Shown piece by piece: positions 50,883 to 63,165 of a stretch of 64,000 nucleotides of DNA (its first letter is position 1; every line of letters begins with the position of its first letter). The stretch is from Neocallimastix sp. 'constans'. Taxonomy: Eukaryota. Position numbers and translations under genes: made by a program. Location of the stretch: the NCBI GenBank assembly GCA_050613775.1, contig JBODTK010000133.1:248001-312000 (forward strand), given 5' to 3'. The notes beneath the pieces were generated by a model that saw nothing but the letters and a program-made list of their open reading frames with translations, made no database searches and had not been told where the DNA came from.

Positions 50883-53800
50883 TGTAAAGATGTGATTATC
50901 CCAATCACATTTTAAATTAAAAATTTTTCTTGTGTAATTCAAAAATGTAAATTATTCTTTGATTTATAAAATAATAAACAAAGTAAATAAATCATATGAA
51001 CTAAATTTTTGAATTATATTCTTTAAGCCACAAGATAAATTTTTAATGTAATAATTTTTATAAAATTTAATTCTGAGAAAATTATTGTTGTAAAATAATT
51101 TAAATGAATTAATTAAAGTTTAAAACAAAATAAATTAATAATTTATTTTGTGAAAATTAAGTTTCAAAATTTAATCATGACTCCTTTAACATTGTTTTTA
51201 AATCGAAAATAAATAAAGACTTTACTTATAATATTAAAATAATAAATAAATAATAAATGTACTTAATTTTAATTATTTAGTATTTAGTTTAATTAATAAT
51301 TATATTTTTCTAAATTTAGCTATAGTTTATAAATTTATTATTTAATAAAATTCATTAGGATAGTTTTATATTAAAATATATGTAATTTAAATAAAATAAT
51401 ATATTATCAATGTATTTAGGAAAAGTATAAATAGAAGATACTTTTCACATTTTTTCTCGATGTAATTGTTATTTTAACGAATAACTATTAAATATTAATA
51501 AAATATATTTTAATAAAAAAATTTTTAATAAAATAAAATTTATTGTATTTTGTTATTGTAATCTATTTTTGTGTTTTCTTTTACAATAACAATTACCTTT
51601 TATTTTAAAAAATACGTTGCAATAACAGAATCCGCAAGCTGAAGATTTTTTTGGTCTACCGCCGGTCAAGAGTTTTTATTCAGAGCTAACCATTTTGGAA
51701 TCAATAATTGGACTGTAATCGAGGACCACAATTCAGGGCTTTAATGAACATTGTATCTAGTAATACAGACTAAAAACAAGTGAGAAAACTCCTTCTAATA
51801 ACCAGAAAAAAAAAATAATTATTCAAAATTAATAAGCCATTTATAAAAAATTAGTTTACTCGACCGTCACCATACATAATTGGATAGAGACCTGGTCGAC
51901 TTTACTAATATAATTATAAAGTTATTAATTTTGAGAAAACAAAACAAAACAAAGCAAAAAATAAATAAATAAATAATTAAATATTAAATTTTCTTAAATT
52001 GGAAGACTTAGAAAGACTCTTTGAAACATTATCCTTGGAAGAGATAATGGAGAATCACGAAGAAAACAATGCATTTGGTGTAATTAATAAGCCGCCATCA
52101 TTTACTGGAAGAAAATGCGACCTTGAGGGATTCCTTACAAGGGCAGAACTAGCAATGGAATCCCGACCAAATCAATTTAATAACGATGCAGCAAGAGTAA
52201 GATTCCTAATGTCTTACATGCTTGGGAAACCTTTGGAATGGGTCTCTTGCTTGCGTAGAAATAATAGCCCATTACTTAACTCATACGATGACTTCGTGAA
52301 AGAGTTAAAATCAAACTTCGGTGATTATACCAGCGAATCCATTGTTGCCAATAGTAAGCTGTGTAGTATTTACCAGAAGAAGAATGGGCACGTATTTGAA
52401 TATATTTCAGAATTCCAAAGGATCGCTCAATATTCTGACTTTAATGAAAGTGCAAAAATATATATGTTCATTAGAGGATTAAAACAACCTTTAAGAGAGA
52501 AACTTGCTTTAATCGATCCAAATCCTAGATCTCTTGATAGGTTAACTACTACAGTATTAAATATAGAAAGCTTAATTAGAAGAAACGAAAAGGTAGAATT
52601 TTTTAGTAATACTGCTGCGCATAACGATCCAATGGACATCGATCTTTACCGTATAAAAAGAGGTCCCAACGAGAGAAAATATACTTACCGTCCAATAAAG
52701 TATAAAGAAGAAAAGAGAGATTATTCAGAAGAAAGAAAGAAGGGCGTTTGTTTCCTATGTAAGCAACCTGGACATCTTAAATTCAATTGTCCAAATAAGA
52801 TAAAGCCAAAAAACTTAAGGTTAATTATGAAGGGAAAAGATACCGATGATAGTGTTATGGGTAACTTTTCAAATATGCGTAGAATAAGAAGACTTACTGA
52901 ACAAGAAGAACTTGTAATGATGAGAGAAGTTACTTGTGAAGACAAAAATCAACAAAAAACAAATATTTTAGATTTTTTTATCAAGACTAATGAGATTGAA
53001 GAAAGAAAGGTTAAGGTTCTTATTGACTCTGGATCCGACTTAAATTTTATCCATCCGGAGGTCGTAAAGAAACTTGGTATTAAGACCGAAAGGATCAACA
53101 AGTCTTTTAGCGTCTCAGGACTTGGATATGGAATCGCTAATGTCACTAAAGAAACTGAAAAATGTATTCTACGTTATAAGAACCACTTAGAAATTATTCA
53201 ATTTTATGTTCTCCGAATCCCAGATGTAGATGTGATTCTAGGACTACCTTGGATTGATAAGCACAGTCCAAGTAATTACCATGATGCTAAGAAAATCGCT
53301 TTTAGTTCTGGTTTTTGTGCTCACCATTGTAATAATGGAAAAAGAAGAAGAAGCAAAAGAAAAAGGACTACTAAGAGAAATAAGATGGCTATTCTTGAAC
53401 AAGAACTTAAAGTAACTGATGAAGAAAAAAGGGAAGAACCATCCTGTTCAAGATCCACTATAAAATACTATTCTGACTCCGAATCCGAACCCGAACCATA
53501 TTTCAAAGGACGAGTTGTTCGAACTATAAATGATGAATCCGATAGTGATTATGATTTAGATGATAATTTTATGTACGATAGTATTAGTGAAAGTGAATTA
53601 GAAAAAAGTTTAGATTGTGAAAATAATAGTGATAGTATAGTTAAAAATGACTCATGTAATAATATTAATTCATGTAATAATATTAATGTTTCATGTAAAA
53701 AGTTTAAATCTTGTAACGAAAATGAAAATTTAAATAAAAATCAAAATTCGGTCACCGTACCAATCATCTATTTAGATTATAAAGAAGTGTTTAATGAAAA

Positions 53801-54950
53801 AAATTGTAGTGTGTTACCTCCACATAGAGTATATGATTGTGAGATAAATTTAAAAGATAATTCAATTTTATTTTATGGTCCTTTGTATCCTTTGACGGAA
53901 TTAGAGCGTGAAGAATTAAAGAAACAATTAAAGGAATTATTAGATAAAGGATTCATTAGAAAATCCACTTCTCCTGCTGGTGCTCCAGTTCTCTTTGTTA
54001 GAAAAAAAGATGGTACATTACGTTTAGTTATTGATTATAGAAAGTTAAATGAAATGACGATACGTAATTCATATCCTTTACCTTTAATTAGTGAACTACT
54101 TGATAGAGTTAAAGGTGCTAAAATATTTACGAAACTAGATTTAAAATCTGCATATAATCTAGTCCGTATTAAAGAAGGCGATGAATATAAAACTGCCTTT
54201 AGAACCAGATATGGGCATTTTGAATTCTTAGTTATGCCTTTCGGACTAAAGAATGCACCTGCTACTTTTCAGCACTTTATCAATGATGTTCTCAGTGATT
54301 ATTTAGATGATTTTGTCATTTCTTATATTGATGATATTCTTATCTTTTCCAATAATATCGAAGAGCATCACAAACATGTTAAAAAGGTATTAAAAAGATT
54401 ACTTGAAAATAATTTAGTTGTGAAATTGGAAAAATGTGAATTTGATAAATCGGAAACCACTTTCCTTGGCTATGTAATTTCGAAAGATGGATTAAAAATG
54501 GATAATGAAAAAGTTAAAGCAATTTTAGAATGGCCTTCTCCAACAAACGTTAAGGAAGTCCAATCGTTCATCGGTCTTTGCAATTATTATCGTCTTTTCA
54601 TAAAAGATTTTGCTAAAATCGCAAATCCTATTCACAAACTCACTAGAAAAAATGTTGAATTTGTTTGGGGTAAAGATCAACAAGACGCTTTCGATAAGTT
54701 AAAGCATTTATTTACTTCTGCTCCTATCTTAAGAAATCCCGACAGTGATAAACCTTTTATAGTTGAAACTGATGCTAGTAACTTTGCTGTTGGAGCTGTA
54801 TTATCTCAAGAATTTGAAGGTAAATTACATCCTGTTGCATTTCTCTCGAAAAGTTTAACTAAATGTCAGAGGAATTACCAAATTTATGATAAAGAATTGT
54901 TAGCAATCAAATTAGCTCTTGAAGAATGGCGACATTACTTAGAAGGTGCT
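50883..54950 (+). mobile_element. Gypsy element: 5' LTR 50883-51585 and gag-pol, truncated in RNase H
   Basis: TGTAAAGA...TTTTACA LTR; ORF breaks at WRHYLEGA; pol closely resembles bases 1-720. Confidence 0.93.
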
Positions 54951-54974
54951 ATCATTATTGAATACTTAATTTGA
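51999..54974 (+). CDS. Single-frame Gag-protease-RT-partial RNase H polyprotein
   Basis: CFLCKQPGHLKFNC, LIDSGS, YIDDILI, ETDAS. Confidence 0.92.
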   Translation: MEDLERLFETLSLEEIMENHEENNAFGVINKPPSFTGRKCDLEGFLTRAELAMESRPNQFNNDAARVRFLMSYMLGKPLEWVSCLRRNNSPLLNSYDDFVKELKSNFGDYTSESIVANSKLCSIYQKKNGHVFEYISEFQRIAQYSDFNESAKIYMFIRGLKQPLREKLALIDPNPRSLDRLTTTVLNIESLIRRNEKVEFFSNTAAHNDPMDIDLYRIKRGPNERKYTYRPIKYKEEKRDYSEERKKGVCFLCKQPGHLKFNCPNKIKPKNLRLIMKGKDTDDSVMGNFSNMRRIRRLTEQEELVMMREVTCEDKNQQKTNILDFFIKTNEIEERKVKVLIDSGSDLNFIHPEVVKKLGIKTERINKSFSVSGLGYGIANVTKETEKCILRYKNHLEIIQFYVLRIPDVDVILGLPWIDKHSPSNYHDAKKIAFSSGFCAHHCNNGKRRRSKRKRTTKRNKMAILEQELKVTDEEKREEPSCSRSTIKYYSDSESEPEPYFKGRVVRTINDESDSDYDLDDNFMYDSISESELEKSLDCENNSDSIVKNDSCNNINSCNNINVSCKKFKSCNENENLNKNQNSVTVPIIYLDYKEVFNEKNCSVLPPHRVYDCEINLKDNSILFYGPLYPLTELEREELKKQLKELLDKGFIRKSTSPAGAPVLFVRKKDGTLRLVIDYRKLNEMTIRNSYPLPLISELLDRVKGAKIFTKLDLKSAYNLVRIKEGDEYKTAFRTRYGHFEFLVMPFGLKNAPATFQHFINDVLSDYLDDFVISYIDDILIFSNNIEEHHKHVKKVLKRLLENNLVVKLEKCEFDKSETTFLGYVISKDGLKMDNEKVKAILEWPSPTNVKEVQSFIGLCNYYRLFIKDFAKIANPIHKLTRKNVEFVWGKDQQDAFDKLKHLFTSAPILRNPDSDKPFIVETDASNFAVGAVLSQEFEGKLHPVAFLSKSLTKCQRNYQIYDKELLAIKLALEEWRHYLEGAIIIEYLI

Positions 54975-55199
54975 TATTTAATTAGAAATTAAAATATATT
55001 ATTATGAAATATATATAAAATATAGATTAATAATAATAGTTAATAATTATATAATAAAATAATGTAAATAAAATAAATGATGTAAAATAGTTGAATTCAT
55101 TGAAAATTTTTATTGATATTCCTGAAATAATAACCATATAAATTAAAAAATAAATAACAATTAAAAGTAAAATTATTAATTACATTTAATTTAATTTGG

Positions 55200-56040
55200 T
55201 GTAATTTTATTTGTTTTATTTATTATAATTGTTATTATTAATAAATTTGTTTTTTTTTTTACGTTTTTATAAAGTTTTGATTTAAAAAATAGATTATAAG
55301 TCAAAAATTATAATAACACTAAATAACACAAAATTGTTTTATAAACAACTAAGTTTTATTATATTTAGATTTTAAAATAATCTTTATTAATTATTAGTGT
55401 TATTAACAATAAATCGTTAATAACAATTACATCGATTAAAATACATGAAATTTGGTTAACTATTTATATTTTTATCTTATTACATTTAGAATATATAATT
55501 CCTATTGAATTATATTATCTAACTATTTATTTAAAAACAATACTAACCTAAACTAATAATAAATAATTAACTATTACTAAATAAAGAGAATTATAATTAA
55601 TAACTAAAATAAATATAATCAATTCTAATTGAGTTCATTTATTATTTATTTATTATTTAAATATTATTAGTAAATTTATTATATATTTTCTATTTTAAAA
55701 TAATATAAAAGTTGTCATAATTATTTAATATAAATTTAGCATAAAATGCCGTAAGTTTCAACATGACTAATTGCATAGTTTCATGTTGTTAATTTATCTT
55801 GTAAAAAACCTTAACTCTTATTATTTAAATTAAATTACATAAAAAGAAATGATTTTCAATTACTAGTTTCACAAGAGAAATTTTTAATTTATTAATATGA
55901 TTGGGAAGAAGTCGAAGTTTTGTTTAAAATTATTTGCAATAATTTTATACACGTGATTTTTAATAGATTTATTTCAATTTTACTTAAATTTATGATTAAA
56001 TTTAATTAAAATTTATAAAGATATTAATAATATCTTTACA
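55200..56040 (-). repeat. Solo LTR of the same family as the 2537 LTR
   Basis: Reverse-complement match; TG...CA ends; flanks do not form a TSD. Confidence 0.85.
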
Positions 56041-56389
56041 GTTTTATTATTATTTATTTTATATACATATACTTCTTTATTTAAAATATTAATTAATGAT
56101 TTTTTTTTAATTCTTGTTGATTTTTATTGATTATTCTTTTAATTTTTAAAAGTATATTTAATAATATTACAAGTAAATATTTCAATAATAATTTTAAAAC
56201 AGACAAATTTAATAACTAGCAATTTAATTGAATAAATATTATTTTTTTTTTTAAAATGAAAATTAATTTATAAAATAATAGATACATATATATCATTAAA
56301 TATATAAATTTTATATTATTGGTTTCTTCAGAAGAAAGAAAGAAGTTCTAAATAACCATCATCCGATAATTTATTTCTTAATTGTACTT

Positions 56390-57970
56390 TTGAAATATGA
56401 TGAAAGTAAACAAACTAAATCGTACAAACTATTGAATAAATATTTCGAAGAAAATAATATAAGAACATCGGATGGATATAATAATATTTATGATGAAATA
56501 AAAGAAAACAAAATAAACGAAATAAATGAGAAACTTGGTAATATAAATATCGATGGGAATGATAATTCAAAAAATAAACGAATAAAGACGGATATTATTG
56601 ATATTATTTAGAGTTGCATTGATGAGTATGGGGAACGTGAAGTTAATATGGCAAAATTAATGACGATTAAAAAGTACTTCAGTAAAGCTGTAATAAATAG
56701 CAAAATTATTTCCAAAATATTTATCGTTCTAAATCTTGGTTATCTGGTATTCAGTGATAACGAATGGTATAAGTTTTCGTATGAACGTAACGGATGGGAA
56801 AAGCTAAGTATTTACAATCTCGCCAAAGAAGTCAATCTTCACTTAGTGAATGAATTAAAAGAGCTCTGCTTGGAATACCACTACTCACTCGAAGGACTTA
56901 CCAATAAAATATTATCGTTTTTGAACAAAAACGGTATTACTCATAACAACTTGGATCAATTCGAAACATTCTTCTACACCGAAAATTTTATTTATCGAAT
57001 AAATAAAAACTACGTTCTAAGATTCGAAGATTGCGTCTACGACTTCAATAAGAAATCATCACGTCCTGGTCGCCCAAGCGATTTCTGTTTGAAATCAACC
57101 AATTACAAGTACTACAGCGAGCACAGGGGTAAGATAGCAGAGGTCAAACAATTTCTTAAAGATATTTTTGTAGAGGATGAATTGATTAAATATGTGGTGA
57201 AGATTTTAGCTTCGACGCTTACCTTAGGTAATATATTACGTTCGATTGTATTTTTTATTGGCTCGGGTCGAAATGGGAAAACCACCTTCACGAACATGCT
57301 ACATCTTGCTTTAGGGGATTATGCTGCCACTCCAAATGTTTCCTTATTTTTAGGAAAGTCGGTAACCGCCGATAAACCGAGTCCACATATGATAGACCTT
57401 AATAATTCAAGAGTCGCCATATGTGAGGAACCTGACGGTCGCTCGATTAATATTACTGGTAACACAAAGGCCATTACCGGTAATGTTGGCTACATTAAAT
57501 CCAGATCTTTATACAAGGATCTTCAAACCGTGTATGTGGATCTATTACCGATTATCAATACCAATGATAAATTGACCATTTCAAACTTGGATAACGCATT
57601 AATTGATCGTATTTTGGTGATTCCATTTACTCAACGATTTGTCAATAAAAAGAATATTTCCATTCTAACTTCCACTCAAAACATCAACAATCCTTCTGTA
57701 AAGCATGCCAATCCAACATGGCAAGGACCGAAAATTCAAGCTTATGCCGAGGCTCTTATCCATTTGCTGATTCAGAATTATCAGGAAGATTACACTACCC
57801 TAGAAATTCCTTCAATGGTCATTGAAGCTACCAAGTCATTTATTATGCGTAGTGATCATATAGCCAGATTCCTAGAAAAAGATATAACTGGTGAAAATGA
57901 TAACTATGCTATTTCAATCGATGAGTGCTATTCCCGCTATAATATTATTATGTTATATTATATAACATAA
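56390..57970 (+). pseudogene. D5-like primase-helicase, SF3 helicase part; in-frame TAG at 56609, primase domain not seen
   Basis: GSGRNGKTT, RVAICEEPD, INTN, DRILVIPF; D5_N-like F..CVYDF..RPGRPSDFC; both ORFs share a frame. Confidence 0.9.
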
Positions 57971-58409
57971 TAATATTTAATAAAATATTAATATAATTTG
58001 AAATATTTAAATATTATTTAAACTCTATACTTTTTTATAGCAATAAAATTTTATTTGTTTTGATTTATTAATTCCTAGTAATAACTTAAGTATACTTTTA
58101 TAGTAAATATTTATTTAATGTAAAATTAACAAGAGTTTAAATTTTTTTATATATTTTATAATTAATATTATATAAAACTATGAATTATAATTTTTTTTTA
58201 AAAATTTAAATGAATTTATTTTACTTTCTTTTTTATTTATTCATATTTTTTAAAAACTTTTTGAAATATTTTATTCATATATTTATATAAATATATCTTT
58301 TTTAGTATACAGTTTATATAAGTAAATAAATAAATGTAATTTTAGAATCATTAATAACAGTGTAATGTTTTTTTTTTTTTAAAAAAATATTTTAATTTAT
58401 AAAATATTG

Positions 58410-58443
<34 letters not shown>

Positions 58444-58526
58444 AAAAAATTTATTTAGTTAAAGCAAAGCTTTATTTAATTCAAAATATAATTATTCAAT
58501 TTTATAATTTATTATAAAAGTTTTAT

Positions 58527-61500
58527 TTATTCGTAAATTTTAGTATGTAAACTAATAGACTCCAAGTAGGAATTCATGATGTTAAAACTATTTGATATTG
58601 AAAGTGTTTTTGTTGATGTATCACAACAAGTGTCTTTTGTACCTAATGAATGACATACATTACAATATTTTATTTCTGTAAGGTCAGTGTTATTTTTAAA
58701 CATATCTTGTAGGATGGCATTAGCCCTATGAGCTATTAATGCGTCTCTTTCCATTTCTCCAATACGTAATCCACTATTTTGTGATTTACCTTCCGTAGGC
58801 TGTTTACTTATTGCATTAACATTTCCGAGAATACGATAAAACATTTTTTCTTCGACTTGATGCTGTAATGCTGTGTAATAGCAAACTCCAACAAAGGCTT
58901 CTCCTATGAATTTACCGGTGATGGAATCCACCATTTTTTCCATGATCGGAATAACGCTATCAATGTAGTTGGCTTCAAAATTTTTGATATCATTGCTCTC
59001 AATGGATGCATCGAAAAACGTTCCAAAACGTTGAGGATCCATCACCATACATTTTCCAACAAACATTTCAATTAAATGTCCTACTGTCACACGAGAAGGA
59101 AAGGCGTGTGGATTAACAATAATATCGGGAATAATTCCAAATTCGGTGCGTGGGTTTAATTGCTCTGGCATAATAGATCCAATTACTCCCTTCTAGGCAT
59201 ATCTACTTGCAAATTTATTGCCTTGTTACGGTTTATACAAATGACGAATTTCAACACAACAATAGCAAATATCATCCTCAACAAAGGTAGTACAATGATC
59301 CACATAAACCAGTCTTTTAAATATATTTTCGATATCTCTGACTTCATTTTTAGTAAAATTATATATACGGAAAAGTGGTTCATTACTATAAAACGAATTT
59401 CTAGCAATCAATGTATTTGGTTTAGGTAATCCATTTTCATAATTTGAATTGATATTAATCAAGATTTCATCTTGGATGCTGTAGGAAATATATTGATATC
59501 GATATTTTATATTAGCGAACATACCATTCTCAATACTAGTTTCATTGAATATTACACTGTCTTCTTGATTATTTCCAAATGCCATAATAGCGACGACTGC
59601 ATTCTGTCCATTAAATATATGGTAATTGTTGTTTTTCGTAATCAGGATGGATTGATCTCTTTCAATTTCAATATTGGACAACTCATTAATACTCTTTCTA
59701 AACTCTTCATTATCTAGATTAACTTTTTCTCAAATTTTGAATAAATTTATTTCAATTCATTATCTTTATCGAAAGTACCGCTGGAAGATTCTATATTTTT
59801 ATTATGATGTTCGTATTCCGGTTCTTGGTATTGTTTATTTTCATCGTTTCTTTCTTCAACATTTTTACAAAATTTGTTGCATAATCCATTATCATCATTA
59901 TTGTGACTTGAATCGGTATCTATCTCATTCTTTAAATTTTCATTATCGTCAGACTCCATATTCTTAAATAATTCCATAATTATCTCCGAATTAATATCGA
60001 TAGCCTCATTTCCACTCTTGGTCCGATTTATAAAAAACGTCAAAGATTCAAAATGGAATAATCATCTTGATAAGATTGCTTCTAACTTAGTCATGCAGAA
60101 TGGCTTCTGAGCGTTAATTAATTTTCTAGAATTATCATTAAAGTTAAAAATTGTACTATCATTAGACATACATTGTTTCGTCATACCGGCTTGAAATGTA
60201 AGTCGAGAAACATGATTATTACCTGGAAATGGTGATAACGCACTGATTAATCCAAAAATAAAATTTGGGTCGAGTTCTTCATATTCGAAATCGCTATTAC
60301 TTATATACTCAGCAACGTCAATAAATCTAATACCAAAGACAATATTACCTTTCCGAACTCTTAGAGGTCTTACAATTCTTCCTTCATCAGTGAAAAGGTA
60401 ATAAGCTACTTCATCAAATATGCAGCTAATAAAAGGATATCTTAATTTTAGATCTCTGTAAGTAAATTCGGCCAAGTTGCAGGTAGTGAAACTTATGAAT
60501 CTAGAATTCAATAATACTGGATATTCTCTTTTATCACTTTGTTTGTTCTCTTTAAAGTCATTATAATGAGGAGAATCATAAAGTACTGACGATAAGTAGG
60601 ATAAATCCATAGTAAAATCAGGAGCAATCAATACCGATAGTCCAAAATACTTCACTAGCCCTACATCCTTAGACTCTGGTGTTTCAAAGGGACAAAAGTA
60701 GCCGTATTGGTAGGACAAACGTAACTCCAAATTTTCACTTTCCGTATTAATTGGTATCTGTACTCTTCGAATATGCGATAACTTATCGTAATAAGACCGT
60801 TTGCTTAGCGTTTGAACAGCTATGGAAGAATATTCACAAAAATAAGACCTAATCGTACCGGATTTGACCATGTTATATAAAGTTAAATTCAAATTGGATA
60901 CAAAACTACTCGTGTCTAATTTTTTATTTTTTCTATCCATTCCAAAATATTTTATTTTTCGGTGTATGGAACAGGGGAAACAATCAATCCGATTACTAAA
61001 GTAAGACTTACTACTATTAAAATCTAAGAACACTCTCGCCATGCATAAATAGGTGTAAAATTTGGTGTTTATATCGTCATAGGAAGAACGATCACAATGT
61101 AAAGAATCTGGTGTGAGATAACTGTCGATCATGCCATTGATAATGCTAATGATTTCTTCTTTGGATTCCTTTCGATGAGATAAGATGGATTCTAGAGTGG
61201 TTTCTGGAGAAGAATCTGAAATCATTATTTCTATATTCTCAGGAATGTTTTTCCCAATGACATTTTCTATAATAATCTGTTTAATTTCACTCAATGAAAA
61301 TTCCGGCTTTAAATAACGAAGCACATACACTAACGAGATACTCTGCTTTTCGTGCGATTTAATTCCTTTAACACGTAATAACTGGAAAAATAAGGAATAA
61401 TAAAAGCGAATGTCTAAAAGAACGTGTCTTTTCATTTTCGTCAACTTTCTACGACAATCCTTACTCAAAAAAGTATAGTAGAAATCAAATTTTGTATGCT

Positions 61501-61978
61501 CATTACTAAAATTTTTTATAGATTTCTCATCCTTTCCCTTATTCAACACTTTTCTTACATATTCAATATACTTATAATCCGTAAACATTTCAGGCGATTG
61601 AAATTTTCCTTCCTTATTACATTCTTTATATTCAATACAATCATTTTTATAGATGAAAATGGGAGTACAAAATAACTCCTGAGAAATAATTATTTTTTCT
61701 ATTCCTTCGACGATAAACACACCATCTATCGGCGCTGGTATTTGTATTTCAAAAGAGTCATGCACTAAAGAAATAAAATAGGTTTTTTTCTGAATCATCA
61801 AATGATCGTATTTCACTTCAGGGATAATAATGTCTAAAGGATTCAATTCCGGTTTTATTTGTTCAAGAAATAACTTGATATCAAAAAGCTTCTTTATAAA
61901 TAGTTTATCAAGATTAGCATAGACGCCATATTTATCAATAAACCATTTCATATAATCGATATTCTCTTTATCAACCAT
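58527..61978 (-). pseudogene. rpb2: Divergent RNA polymerase second-largest subunit (RPB2-like, probably viral), with stops and a frameshift
   Basis: GVFIVEGIEK, LSHIRR, CPFETPE..GLVK, GNNQEDS, GNKFASRYA*KG, PDIIVNPHAFPSR, QPTEGK, GLRIGEMERD, C-terminal CxxC. Confidence 0.95.
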
Positions 61979-62603
61979 GTCTTCTTGGAATGATTTCTTT
62001 GTTAAAAATTCTAAATTAATTTCTCATATATATAATCAGTTGAGAAACACACAGTATATTCCACCAGTAGAAAATGTATTTAAAATATTTTCTTTTATTG
62101 ATTTAGAAAAAGTTAAAGTAGTTATTGTTGGGGATGAACCTTATGATAATGAAAATGAAATAAGCGATATTGCTATTGCCACTAAAAAAACAAATATTTT
62201 ACCTCCCAAACTTTTGAGAAATATTTACACCAATTTAGAAAATCATGTCAAGGCTTATAAACCAATATCCAATCACCACTTGGATCGATGGCTTGACAAA
62301 GGGATATTCTTATGTAATTTTTGTTTTACTCGTCCACGTTTCCAATCTACTCCTAAGAGTTATTATTTATTATGGGAACCATTTATTAACAATTTGGTAG
62401 AATACATTTCTAATGATCATCCAGTAGTGTTCATACTATTTGATTCGATAGATTCATCCCTTCGTAAATCCATTAATGAGAGTAAATGTTCGGTTGTAAC
62501 TATTCCTCATCCTATTAAAAAGTATTATCAATTCAAAAATTCAAACTGTTTTGTTAAGGCTCAACAACTTGCTTGTAACCTTGGATATACTTTTAAGTGG
62601 TAA
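61977..62603 (+). CDS. ung: Uracil-DNA glycosylase, family 1-like, divergent
   Basis: PPVENVF, VKVVIVGDEPY, LRNIY, WLDKGIFLCN, VVFILF, PHP. Confidence 0.85.
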   Translation: MSSWNDFFVKNSKLISHIYNQLRNTQYIPPVENVFKIFSFIDLEKVKVVIVGDEPYDNENEISDIAIATKKTNILPPKLLRNIYTNLENHVKAYKPISNHHLDRWLDKGIFLCNFCFTRPRFQSTPKSYYLLWEPFINNLVEYISNDHPVVFILFDSIDSSLRKSINESKCSVVTIPHPIKKYYQFKNSNCFVKAQQLACNLGYTFKW

Positions 62604-63165
62604 CTTTGGTATAACTAAATTTAAATTTTACTTTAATTTCGATTTTATTAATGATTAATAAATACATAGCATTTGATTTATTCAATAAAATTTTATTAAA
62701 ATGGCAGGAATATTTTCATATAGTATTTTTTAATAATATTAAAGATTTTTAAAATATTATAATAAATTTCGAAATTAAAAAAAAAAAATATTAAATATGT
62801 TTTTAAATTAAATATTTTATTAAAAAATTAATAATATGTATATTCTATTTTCTTCAATGACAGTATTATATTTGATTTTGAATATTTTATATCTTGTTTA
62901 TTTTTAACTTTTACCTACTTACTTATTAAATTTTATTTTTATTTTTAATTTTACTTTTTAAAAAACAAAAACTAAATCATATATAAAACGTTAGTTATTT
63001 CGAATTTATAAATTGATAAATTCATAATTTATTTTATGTAATACAAATTTTAATTAGAATTAGTTATTTTTATTTATTAATAATTTAGTCTACTCAAATA
63101 GTATCTATTAAACAAAATATTTAAAAAAAAATAGTTACACGATAATATTATTATAACTATTTAAG

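Noticed and set aside
1157..61675. Many short ORFs overlapping or antisense to pol, gag and viral genes, plus poly-T ORFs such as 26345-26530
   Set aside because: Shadow frames or low-complexity products with no recognisable motifs.
58527..61978. Host nuclear RPB2
   Set aside because: Too divergent at near-invariant motifs, disrupted, and clustered with D5 and UDG.
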